This document shows positions 29,853 through 38,714 of a DNA stretch of 64,000 nucleotides, in pieces; the first letter of the stretch is position 1, and each line of letters begins with the position of its first letter. Made by a program: the position numbers and the translations under genes. This stretch comes from Pseudonocardiaceae bacterium (GTDB taxonomy: Bacteria; Actinomycetota; Actinomycetes; Mycobacteriales; Pseudonocardiaceae): NCBI GenBank assembly GCA_036268955.1, contig DATATE010000089.1, forward strand, positions 1 to 64,000, read 5' to 3'. The notes below the pieces were generated by a model, which searched no databases, was not told where the DNA came from, and worked only from the letters and a program-made list of their open reading frames with translations.

Positions 29853-31031
29853 GTGCGCATCGGCCTGTTGACCCGCGAGTACCCGCCCGAGGTGTACGGG
29901 GGTGCCGGCGTCCATGTCGGTTCGCTCGTACCGCAGCTACGCGAACTCGTCGACGTGGACGTGCACTGCTTCGGCGCGCCGCGCACCGAGTTCGACGCGC
30001 ATGCCTACGCCCACCAGCCGGCCAACGGGATGGAACGGGCGAATCCGGCACTGTCCACGCTCTCGGTGGACCTGGCGATCACCGCCGCGCTGTCGGACGG
30101 CGGGGCGCCGCCGGACCTGGTCCACTCGCACACCTGGTACGCGAACATGGCCGGGCACCTGGCGAAACTGCTCTACGGCGTGCCGCACGTTGTCACCGCG
30201 CACTCACTGGAACCGCGCAGGCCGTGGAAGGCCGAGCAGCTCGGCGGCGGCTATCAGCTGTCCTCCTGGGTCGAGCGCACCGCCTACGAAGCGGCCGACG
30301 CGATCATCGCGGTGAGCAACGGCATGCGCGCCGATGTCCTGGACTGCTATCCCGCGCTGGCGCCCGAGCGGGTGCACGTGGTGCGCAACGGCATCGACAC
30401 CGCCGCCTACCACCCGGTCACCAGCAACGACGTGCTGCGCAAGCACGGCATCGACCCGACCAAACCGACGGTGGTGTTCGTCGGCCGGATCACCCGGCAG
30501 AAGGGCGTCGGCCACCTGATCGCGGCCGGCCGGGACATCGACGCCGACGCGCAGCTGGTGCTGTGCGCGGGCGCGCCGGACACCCCGGAGATCGCCGAGG
30601 AGACCAAGCTCGCGGTCGCCGAGCTGACCGCGCACCGGCCCGGCGTGTTCTGGATCCAGAAGATGCTGCAACCGGCCGAGGTCCGACAGCTGCTCAGCAA
30701 TGCGACGGTGTTCGTCTGCCCCTCGGTGTACGAACCGCTGGGCATCGTGAACCTTGAGGCGATGGCCTGCGGCACCGCGGTGGTCGCCTCCGATGTCGGC
30801 GGCATCCCGGAGGTCGTGCAACCGGGCGCGACCGGCCTGCTGGTGCACTACGACGAGCAGGATGCCTTCGCCTACCGCACCGGGCTGGCCGCCGCGATCA
30901 ACGAACTGGTCGGCGATCCGCAACGGGCCGCGGCGATGGGGACGGCAGGCCGGCAGCGGGCGATCGAGGAGTTCTCCTGGCGCACCGTCGCCGAGCAGAC
31001 CATCGCCGTCTACGAGTCGGTGCTCGGCTGA
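29853..31031 (+). CDS. glgA: GT4 glycogen synthase / alpha-maltose-1-phosphate synthase (GlgA/GlgM-like)
   Basis: [22 protein letters not shown] ... [20 protein letters not shown] is GT4 with the E-x7-E motif. Divergent from glgC, as in mycobacteria. Confidence 0.85.
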   Translation: MRIGLLTREYPPEVYGGAGVHVGSLVPQLRELVDVDVHCFGAPRTEFDAHAYAHQPANGMERANPALSTLSVDLAITAALSDGGAPPDLVHSHTWYANMAGHLAKLLYGVPHVVTAHSLEPRRPWKAEQLGGGYQLSSWVERTAYEAADAIIAVSNGMRADVLDCYPALAPERVHVVRNGIDTAAYHPVTSNDVLRKHGIDPTKPTVVFVGRITRQKGVGHLIAAGRDIDADAQLVLCAGAPDTPEIAEETKLAVAELTAHRPGVFWIQKMLQPAEVRQLLSNATVFVCPSVYEPLGIVNLEAMACGTAVVASDVGGIPEVVQPGATGLLVHYDEQDAFAYRTGLAAAINELVGDPQRAAAMGTAGRQRAIEEFSWRTVAEQTIAVYESVLG

Positions 31032-32413
31032 GCGGACTTCGCCGAAACGGCCTGCGGCAGGGCAACCGGGGCCAGATGGCGCAGGGCCAGCGCGATGCCG
31101 ATGACGAGGAGCACGAAGGCGCCGGTGTAGGCGGTAAGGCCCGACCAGCCGCTGCCGGTGAAGAACAGCCCGCCGACCGAGCCGCCGATGCTGGAGCCGA
31201 GGTAGTAGCAGAACAGGTAGACCGCAGAACCCTGCACACCGAGCCGGGCTGAGCGGGCGCTGACCCAGCCACTGGCGATCGCGTGGGCGGCGAAGAAACC
31301 GGCGGTCGTGATGACGAGACCGGTGATCACCAGTGCCAGGTCGGCCGGCAGCATCAGCGCGAGGCCGACCAGGGTGATCACCGCCATCACCCACAACAGC
31401 CGGGGCCTGCCGAACCGGTCGACCAGCCTGCCGGCGAACGCCGAAGCGAGACAACCGGCGAGATACACCACGAAAATCAGCCCGACAACGACCTCGGGCA
31501 GGTCGAAACCCGGTCCGAGCAAACGGAAACCGAGATAGTTGTACACGGTGACGAAACAGCCCATCAGCAGGAAGCCGGCCGCGTACAACCGCAGCAGACC
31601 GCTGTCGGCGAAGGCCTTGCCCACCGAGGCGGCCAATGGCCGCACCCGCAGTGGCCGCGCCACGAAATGCGCGGAGGGCAGGATGGAGAACCGGAAGATC
31701 AGCGCGCAGGCCAACGCGACGACGCCGACGACCCCCAGGGCCCACCGCCAGTTCGACACGTCGTCGACGAGACCGGCGAGCAGCCTGCCGATCATGCCGC
31801 CGATTCCGTTGCCAGCAACATAAAGCCCCATACCGAACCCGAGTGAACCGCGATGCAGCTCCTCGGCGAGATAGGACATCGCGACCGCCTGCAACCCGGC
31901 CAGGGCGAGCCCTTGCAGGCCACGGATCACCAGTAGCACCGTGAAGTTCGGGCTGAACGCGGCAAGCACCCCGAGGCCCGCAGCGGCGAACAGCGACACC
32001 GTCATCACCGGGGTTCTGCCGAGGGCCTCCGACAGCGCGGTGAGCGGGATGACGCCGACCGCGAGCGCCGCGGTGGACACCGAGACGACGAGGCTGGCCG
32101 TTGCCGGCGCGAGGTGGAACTGGGTGGCCAGCGACGGCAGCAGGGCCTGCACGCAGTACAGCGCGGTGAAGGTGGCGAGGCCCGCGGCGAACAGGGCGAG
32201 GGTGATCCGACGGAAACCGGGCGAGGACCGCTGGTGCCGATCGGCACCGGAGACCGCACCGGTGCCAGCACCGGAGACGGCACCGGAGACGGCACGGCGC
32301 TCGGCACCGGTTGCGTTGGCGGCTGCGCTATCGGCTCTGGCCCTGCGGGCGTGGATTCCAGCGGTCACCGGATCGACGCTAGGTAGCCGCATTTGATTCG
32401 TCCAATACACCAA
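31010..32413 (-). CDS. MFS transporter
   Basis: 12-TM profile. The N-terminus carries a short AVSGAGTGAVSGA repeat. The true start may be internal. Confidence 0.8.
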   Translation of the reverse strand: MVYWTNQMRLPSVDPVTAGIHARRARADSAAANATGAERRAVSGAVSGAGTGAVSGADRHQRSSPGFRRITLALFAAGLATFTALYCVQALLPSLATQFHLAPATASLVVSVSTAALAVGVIPLTALSEALGRTPVMTVSLFAAAGLGVLAAFSPNFTVLLVIRGLQGLALAGLQAVAMSYLAEELHRGSLGFGMGLYVAGNGIGGMIGRLLAGLVDDVSNWRWALGVVGVVALACALIFRFSILPSAHFVARPLRVRPLAASVGKAFADSGLLRLYAAGFLLMGCFVTVYNYLGFRLLGPGFDLPEVVVGLIFVVYLAGCLASAFAGRLVDRFGRPRLLWVMAVITLVGLALMLPADLALVITGLVITTAGFFAAHAIASGWVSARSARLGVQGSAVYLFCYYLGSSIGGSVGGLFFTGSGWSGLTAYTGAFVLLVIGIALALRHLAPVALPQAVSAKSAQPSTDS

Positions 32414-32486
32414 AATCGGGTGATTGATTCACTGATGAATCGATACGGCTCGACCTGCGGCACCAGGACCGGGCATTATCGGCCGG

Positions 32487-33431
32487 GTGACGAACCAGAC
32501 TGACGCGCTGAGGGCGCTGACCGACGCGCTGGCGCCCCGACTGGCCCTGCTGGTCGCGCTCGCCGAGGAACGCAACGTCACCCGCGCCGCGGCAAGGCTG
32601 GGCGTGCCGCAGCCGACGGTCAGCCGCTGGCTGGCCACGCTGGCCACCGAACTCGGCACCCCGGTGATCACAAGGGACGGCCGGGGCATCCGGTTGACGA
32701 GGGCGGGCGAGCACCTCGCCGAGGCGGCCGAGGAGGCGCTGGCCGCACTCGCGCTCGGCTACCGGCGGGCCGAGGCGGAGGCCGACCCGGAACGCGGCGA
32801 GGTGGTCCTCGCCTTCCTGCACACCATGGGCGAGCTGCGCATCCCCGAACTGCTGCGGGCCTTCCGCGCCGAACATCCCGCCGTGCGGTTCACTCTTGTG
32901 CAGGGTTCGAAGGAGGATGTGTTGGCACGCCTGCGTACCGGCTCGGTCGATCTGGCGCTGACCTCACCGCCACCGGAGGGCCCCGAGTTCACCGCGATCG
33001 AACTCGACCGGCAGGAACTGGTCGTCACGGTGCCCAGCGGGCATCGACTTGCCGGCCGTGGCCGGATCAGGATCGCCGAACTGGCCAAGGAGCAGTTCGT
33101 CGGGATGAAGGCCGGTTTCGGACTGCGGCAGCTCACCGACGAACTGTGCGCGGCGGCCGGTTTCACGCCCCGGCATGCCTTCGAGGGCGAGGAGGTCGAC
33201 ACCGTGCGCGGTCTGGTGGCCGCCGGTCTCGGCGTTGCGATCCTGCCCTCGGCCGAGTGGGTGCTGCCGCCGAACGTCGTCGAATTGTCGTTGCGCCCCA
33301 AGGCAGGGCGCGGCATCGGGCTGGCCTGGATCACCGACCGGCCACTGACCCCGGCGGTACTGTCCTTCCGGGACTTCGCACTGCGCAAGGCAATGCGCCC
33401 GATCCGACAGCCGACAACGCCCCGGACATAG
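32487..33431 (+). CDS. LysR-family transcriptional regulator
   Basis: N-terminal HTH (LALLVALAEERNVTRAAARLGVPQPTVSRWLATLA) plus a LysR substrate-binding domain. Divergent from the MFS gene with a 74-nt gap. Confidence 0.85.
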   Translation: MTNQTDALRALTDALAPRLALLVALAEERNVTRAAARLGVPQPTVSRWLATLATELGTPVITRDGRGIRLTRAGEHLAEAAEEALAALALGYRRAEAEADPERGEVVLAFLHTMGELRIPELLRAFRAEHPAVRFTLVQGSKEDVLARLRTGSVDLALTSPPPEGPEFTAIELDRQELVVTVPSGHRLAGRGRIRIAELAKEQFVGMKAGFGLRQLTDELCAAAGFTPRHAFEGEEVDTVRGLVAAGLGVAILPSAEWVLPPNVVELSLRPKAGRGIGLAWITDRPLTPAVLSFRDFALRKAMRPIRQPTTPRT

Positions 33432-33486
33432 CCGTTCCCCCGGCCCTCGCGGAAAACGGGCCGGGGGAACGAGAGAACACGAACGA

Positions 33487-34650
33487 TCAGGAACGCAGCT
33501 TGCTCGCGGTGGAACGCCACTGCACCGTCGGGCGCATCGCGGCGAGGTCGACCCGGCTCGCGTTCTCCTGTGCGAGCCGGAACATCGACTGGATCAGCGT
33601 ATCCGACAGCAGGTGCGGCTCAAGACCCAGCGCCGGCAGGCCGGTGTGCACCACGTTGTAGTAGTGCGAGACCTCTTCCACCCGAGGGTTGGTCAGGTTC
33701 TCGACCTCGACCGGGCGCGGCGAGAGGTTCGCGACCGTCTTGGCGATCTCCGCGACCGACATCCACTCGGTGATCTGGTTGAACACCCGGAACTCGCCGC
33801 GCTCGGCCGGATTCTCGACGGCCAGCCGGATGCACTCCGCGGTGTCCCGAATGTCGATCATGCCTCGAGTCTGTCCGCCCGCGCCGTACACGGTCAGCGG
33901 GTGGCCGAGCACGGCCTGGATGACGAACCGGTTGAGCACGGTGCCGAAGATGGCGTCGTAGTCGAACCGGGTGGCCAGCCGAGGGTCACGCAGCGTCTGC
34001 GGGGTCTCCTGGCCGTAGACGACGCCCTGGTTGAGGTCGGTCGCCCGCAGGCCCCAGATCCGGCAGCTGAACTCCATGTTGTGCGAGTCGTGCACCTTGC
34101 TGAGGTGGTAGAACGAGCCGGGCTTCTTCGGGTAGAGCATCCGGTCCTTGCGACCGTTGTGCTCGACCTCCAGCCAGCCCTCCTCGATGTCGATGTTCGG
34201 CGTCCCGTACTCACCCATCGTGCCCAGCTTGACCAGGTGGATGTCCGGGTTGATCTCAGCGATCGCGAACAGCAGGTTCAGCGTGCCGACGACATTGTTC
34301 TGCTGCGTGTACACCGCATGCTTGCGGTCGATCATGGAATACGGCGCCGAACGCTGTTCGGCGAAATGCACGATCGAGTCGGGCTGGAATTCACGAAGTG
34401 TTGCGTTGACGAATTCGGCATCGCACAGATCACCGACATAAGAGGGCAGTCGCTTGCCGGATACCTCGGCCCAGGCATCGAGCCGGACCTGCAAAGGCTC
34501 GATCGGGACCAGGCTCTGCACGCCCATTTCGTGGTCGTAGGAACGACGAGCGAAATTGTCCAGTACGGCCACCTCGTGACCGGCGTCGGACAAGTGCAGT
34601 GCCGTCGGCCAGCCGAGATAGCCGTCGCCACCGAGTACGAGGACGCGCAC
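33487..34650 (-). CDS. sqdB: UDP-sulfoquinovose synthase (SQD1/SqdB family)
   Basis: Colinear, high identity to SQD1/SqdB as recalled from memory. Shared blocks are VLVLGGDGY.GWPTALHLS, EQRSAPYSMIDR..AVYTQ.NNV.GTLN.LFAI, HLVKLGTMGEYGTPNIDIEEG, SFYHLSKVHDSHN, WGLRATDLNQGVVYG, FRVFNQ.TE.SV.E.A and NPRVE...HYYN. Length is 387 aa. Confidence 0.8.
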   Translation of the reverse strand: MRVLVLGGDGYLGWPTALHLSDAGHEVAVLDNFARRSYDHEMGVQSLVPIEPLQVRLDAWAEVSGKRLPSYVGDLCDAEFVNATLREFQPDSIVHFAEQRSAPYSMIDRKHAVYTQQNNVVGTLNLLFAIAEINPDIHLVKLGTMGEYGTPNIDIEEGWLEVEHNGRKDRMLYPKKPGSFYHLSKVHDSHNMEFSCRIWGLRATDLNQGVVYGQETPQTLRDPRLATRFDYDAIFGTVLNRFVIQAVLGHPLTVYGAGGQTRGMIDIRDTAECIRLAVENPAERGEFRVFNQITEWMSVAEIAKTVANLSPRPVEVENLTNPRVEEVSHYYNVVHTGLPALGLEPHLLSDTLIQSMFRLAQENASRVDLAAMRPTVQWRSTASKLRS

Positions 34651-34791
34651 GGGAAACCCCTTCCAAGATTTCTTCTCAACGTTGCGGAACGTACCGTCGC
34701 GTTCCGTGTCTACCTTATGGACGAAGCTGTGAGTTGACTAAAGACCTGGTCCTGCGCTCGCTATCGCACAGTCATCGGGGAGGATGGCAAC

Positions 34792-35325
34792 GTGGTGAGC
34801 ACTGACATCTACCCATCCTCCGCCCGCACGTCCGCTACTGCCGGTGAGGCCGAATCGCCTCGTCGCCGCCGCTGGCTACCCAGCAGGCGACTGATAGCCA
34901 GGCTAAGCCAGTTCGCGGTCGGCTCGGTAGTCTCAACGGTTGTCAGTCAGGCCACCCTGACCGCCATGTACCTGTGGCTGCACACCAACGCCACCGAGGC
35001 CGCCGTCGCCGCGTTCATCGCCGGCGCGATTCCGGCGTTCCTCATCAACTGGCACTGGACCTGGTCCCGCCGTGGTCGTCCCGCCATGTTCAGCGAACTG
35101 CTGCCCTACCTGATGATCACCTTCGGCGGTGGCATCGCGGCGACCGGGCTGACGACGCTGGCCGACAAGGTCATCAACCCGCTGCTGACCAGCCGAGGCG
35201 AGCGCAGCCTGGTTCTCGACTGCGCCTACCTCGGCAGTTACGGCCTGCTGGTGCTGGTCAAGTTCGCGCTGCTTGATCGGCTGATGGCGCGCCGGCGGAC
35301 ACCATCGGCCGAAGCCGCCGCGTGA
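34792..35325 (+). CDS. GtrA-family membrane protein (polyprenyl-P-sugar flippase-like)
   Basis: Small 4-TM protein with the GtrA-like N-terminal segment (LSQFAVGSVVSTVVSQATLTAMYLWL). Its 3' end overlaps the convergent GT gene by about 67 nt, so one end may be over-extended. Confidence 0.6.
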   Translation: MVSTDIYPSSARTSATAGEAESPRRRRWLPSRRLIARLSQFAVGSVVSTVVSQATLTAMYLWLHTNATEAAVAAFIAGAIPAFLINWHWTWSRRGRPAMFSELLPYLMITFGGGIAATGLTTLADKVINPLLTSRGERSLVLDCAYLGSYGLLVLVKFALLDRLMARRRTPSAEAAA

Positions 35326-37678
35326 GCCGACCGACCACGAACTCCCTGACCCAGGTCCTGGTCATCACCTTGCTGTAGTTCATGCCGTAGACGAAGTTGT
35401 TGCCCTTCTTCGTCGTACCGGCCGAACGCACCCGCATGGTCATCGGCAGCTCCAGCAGCCGCGCACCACCCGCGAGAGCGCTGATCAGCAGCTCGGAGGC
35501 CTGGTACTGGGGCTGGCGCAGCTCGACCGAGCAGGCCAGCGAGGTACGCATGCCGCGGAAACCGAACGAGGTGTCGGTGATCCGCCGTGCGGTCAGGATG
35601 CTGGCCAGCGTCGCGAACACCCGCACTCCGAGCCAGCGCACCCGATCGTCGCCAGGGGCGACCCCGAGCCGACGCGAACCGGTGGTGAAGTCCGCCTCGT
35701 CGTCGATCAGCGGCCGCAGCAGCATCGGCATCTCGGCGTTGCAGTACTGGCCATCGGCATCGGTGGTGACCACGTACTCCGCGCCGCCGAGCGCGGCGAG
35801 CTGGTAGCCGAGGCGCAGTGCCGCACCCTGACCCCGGTTCGCCGGTGCGACACAGGTATAGGCGCCGTGTTCGGCCGCGACCGTCGCGGTGTCATCGCTG
35901 CACCCGTCGATCACCACCAACACGTCGACCGGTAGCCCACAACACTCCTTGGGGAGGTCGTCGAGCACCCCGCCGATACCGCCCTCCTCGTTGTAGGCGG
36001 CGATCACCACCAGCACTGGCGCGAAGTCCGGAGCACCGTAGCGATCAGTGAAGTCAGTCATCGCCGACCAGTCCGCCTGGTCGGGGAATGCCGACAACAT
36101 CGAACGGCGAGACTTCGCAGCCGGCCGCTTCAATGGTCCCATCAGGACAGTCATCCCGAGCACACCTCCTAGCGGCAGCAAGACTAAGCCAGGAAGCTGA
36201 TATCTCCATGAGAACTCGAACATGGCCGACGCGAACAAGATGACGAGGCCAAATCCCGTGGTCAACAGCGTCATGGCACGGATTCCACTGCGGCGCCTGC
36301 CAAAGCCGAACCCGCCAATCAACCCCAAAAGGGCGAAGATCGCCTGTAGCGGGCCGGGCGTGTAGCCGCCGTCGAGCTGGTAGGCCCGCAACACCGCGGC
36401 CAGATCGTTGTGCACGCTCGGCGGTACCCCGCCGTAGTACATCGCGATGTTCCAGACGGAAGACTCATCAAGCGACCAAAGCGGATAAAACGTCTGAAAC
36501 TGCCAGCGCTGTACCGGTACATCGCCGGGGCTGGTGGTCCGGCCGGGTTCGAAGCCCTTGGCGAAGTCGCCGAGGACCGCCTTGGCCACGGCTCCCGGCT
36601 GAGCCTCGATGACCTGGATGGCGAACTGGCGTTGCAGTTCCTCGACCGTCTTGCCCAGGGGTACGAAAGCCGGGAAACCGGGGTCGCCGATCAGGTGCGC
36701 GTACCAGTCGACGCCCTTGCGGGCGGTCAACGGCTCCGTCGGACACAGCTGTTGCAGGGACGGTGGCAGGTGCAGCGCGGGGCAGTCGGCGACGTTCGCG
36801 GTCCGGCCGTACAGCACCCCGGACGAGGCGCCGTCAAGGCCCCATTCGCCGGTCTCCCGGTGGAAGTAGCCGGCGTAGCAGAACAGCACCAGCCCGAAGC
36901 AGGACAGCATGGCCACCGAGCGGACCGCGATGATCCGCCTGCCCTCCCTACCGCGCCACACGCCGCCCGCGATGATCAGGTAGCCCAGCAGCGGCAGCAC
37001 GAGTGGGATGGCGATGGTGCGCATGATCGCCGCGAGGCCCAGCAGCAACCCGGCCGCACCGGCCCGTTTCGGGGTCGGTGCCCCTCGGGCGGCCAGCACC
37101 CAGACCACGGCCACCAGCAGCAGCTGTAGCCAGACATCGGACATCACGTTCTGCTCGATCTGCACCTGATAGGCGTCCAGCAGCACCGGTACGGCCGCGA
37201 TCGCGGCCAGCCAGCGACGCGCCCCGTAGCGCAGCGCGAGGGCGTAGACGGCGCAACCGAGCAGCAGCCCGGCCAGATGCTGTACCCCGGTCACCGTGCG
37301 CAGGCCGCCGAAGGGCAGCAGCACCCGCAGCACGAGGTCGTAGCCGATCGGGTCGAGCTGCGAGGGGTCCAGCGCGATCAGGTTCGCCAGGTAGCGGAAG
37401 GAGTCGAGGTAGAGGATCGCCGGCTGATACGCGATGAACGCGAACATCCGCAGCACCGCGCCGGCCGCCAGCACGACAAGGAAGACCCAGTGCTCCCGCG
37501 CGAACGCCGGCCGCGTTCGCGGAGCCGGCCGTTGCCGACCCTGCTCCTCCACAAGGCCCGGCTCGTCCACCGGGCCCTGGCCGTCGTCGGATCCCGGCCC
37601 GCCAGATCCTGGCCCGTCGACGCCGGCTGCCGCACTTGCGACGTCGACCACCAGTTGGTCGTCGACGTCGCCGTTCAC
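35258..37678 (-). CDS. Fusion protein: N-terminal polytopic membrane glycosyltransferase-like domain plus C-terminal GT2 domain (polyprenyl-phosphate sugar synthase-like)
   Basis: There is no stop between the about 500-aa multi-TM N-terminal part and the C-terminal GT2 part (VLVVIAAYNEEGGIGGVLDDLP ... VLVVIDGCSDDT ... VVTTDADGQY with a DxD). The GTG start overlaps the stop of the upstream epimerase gene (GTGA). Confidence 0.6.
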   Translation of the reverse strand: MNGDVDDQLVVDVASAAAGVDGPGSGGPGSDDGQGPVDEPGLVEEQGRQRPAPRTRPAFAREHWVFLVVLAAGAVLRMFAFIAYQPAILYLDSFRYLANLIALDPSQLDPIGYDLVLRVLLPFGGLRTVTGVQHLAGLLLGCAVYALALRYGARRWLAAIAAVPVLLDAYQVQIEQNVMSDVWLQLLLVAVVWVLAARGAPTPKRAGAAGLLLGLAAIMRTIAIPLVLPLLGYLIIAGGVWRGREGRRIIAVRSVAMLSCFGLVLFCYAGYFHRETGEWGLDGASSGVLYGRTANVADCPALHLPPSLQQLCPTEPLTARKGVDWYAHLIGDPGFPAFVPLGKTVEELQRQFAIQVIEAQPGAVAKAVLGDFAKGFEPGRTTSPGDVPVQRWQFQTFYPLWSLDESSVWNIAMYYGGVPPSVHNDLAAVLRAYQLDGGYTPGPLQAIFALLGLIGGFGFGRRRSGIRAMTLLTTGFGLVILFASAMFEFSWRYQLPGLVLLPLGGVLGMTVLMGPLKRPAAKSRRSMLSAFPDQADWSAMTDFTDRYGAPDFAPVLVVIAAYNEEGGIGGVLDDLPKECCGLPVDVLVVIDGCSDDTATVAAEHGAYTCVAPANRGQGAALRLGYQLAALGGAEYVVTTDADGQYCNAEMPMLLRPLIDDEADFTTGSRRLGVAPGDDRVRWLGVRVFATLASILTARRITDTSFGFRGMRTSLACSVELRQPQYQASELLISALAGGARLLELPMTMRVRSAGTTKKGNNFVYGMNYSKVMTRTWVREFVVGRLTRRLRPMVSAGAPSADQAART

Positions 37679-38682
37679 CGAAGGGGACCAGAAGCCGCCA
37701 GGTCCCCGGCGTCGGCCACCTCGGTCGCCGCGGCGGCAGCGGCGGTGAAGTCCGCCCACACCGTGCGCAGGCCGTCGGTGAGCGAGTAGCTCGGCTCGTA
37801 GCCGAGTTCCGCGCGGGCCCTGCTGATGTCCACGATCACCGCCGGCATCTCGCCGGTCTTGGCCGGAATGTGCTCGACCGGGATCGGCGCGCCGGTGGCC
37901 TCGCGGGCCGCGGCGATCAGGTCGAGCACGCTGACCGACCTGCCGCCGCCGATGATCGCGGTGCCGGTGAACTCGCGCTGCCAGGCCGCGGTGATGCCGG
38001 CGACGATGTCCTGCACGTGGACCAGGTCGCGGACCTGCTTGCCGTCGCCGTAGACCTGCACGCCGGTGCCGGCAAGCGCGGCGCGCATCAGCCGCGGCAC
38101 GAAGCTGTCCTTGGCCTCCATACCGGGGCCGTAGATGTTGGTGAACCGCAGCGCCGTCGTGGTCAGCCCGTACGCGCCGGCATAGCCGGACAACAACATC
38201 TCGCAGGCGGCCTTCGTCGCCCCGTACGGAGTCAGCGGGCGCAACGGGATGTCCTCGGTGATGGTCGCCGTGCCCACGTTGCCGACCACCGCGTTCGTCG
38301 AACCGAGGATGAACCGGTTGATGCCGCGCAGCCGGGCCAGTTCCAGCAGGCCCTGGGTGACCTCGACGTTCATGGTGAACGTCTCGGCGGGCTGCTCGGC
38401 GGAGCGCAGCACCGAGGTGATCGCGGCCAGGTGCACGACCCCGGTGACGTCAGGGGTCATCGCGGCCTCGCGCAGCTCGGGGCTGGTCAGGTCGCCGACG
38501 ACACTGCGCACCGCGTCATCGGGGAAGGGCCGCTGGTCGACAACGGTGATCTCGGCGCCGAGCCGGCGAAACTCCGCGACGACGGCCCTGCCGACGAAGC
38601 CGCAGCCACCGGTCACCAGCACTCGCGCTCCGGCGCAGGGCCGATCCTGTTCGTCAGTTCTGTCCACGGTTGTTCTCCACAT
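37675..38682 (-). CDS. NAD-dependent epimerase/dehydratase (UDP-sugar 4-epimerase-like)
   Basis: VLVTGGCGFVGRAVV Rossmann motif, the YGATK catalytic YxxxK, ATG at MWRTTVD. Confidence 0.8.
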   Translation of the reverse strand: MWRTTVDRTDEQDRPCAGARVLVTGGCGFVGRAVVAEFRRLGAEITVVDQRPFPDDAVRSVVGDLTSPELREAAMTPDVTGVVHLAAITSVLRSAEQPAETFTMNVEVTQGLLELARLRGINRFILGSTNAVVGNVGTATITEDIPLRPLTPYGATKAACEMLLSGYAGAYGLTTTALRFTNIYGPGMEAKDSFVPRLMRAALAGTGVQVYGDGKQVRDLVHVQDIVAGITAAWQREFTGTAIIGGGRSVSVLDLIAAAREATGAPIPVEHIPAKTGEMPAVIVDISRARAELGYEPSYSLTDGLRTVWADFTAAAAAATEVADAGDLAASGPLR

Positions 38683-38714
38683 CACTGCTGGCAGGCCCTT
38701 CGACGGCAAGAAAC

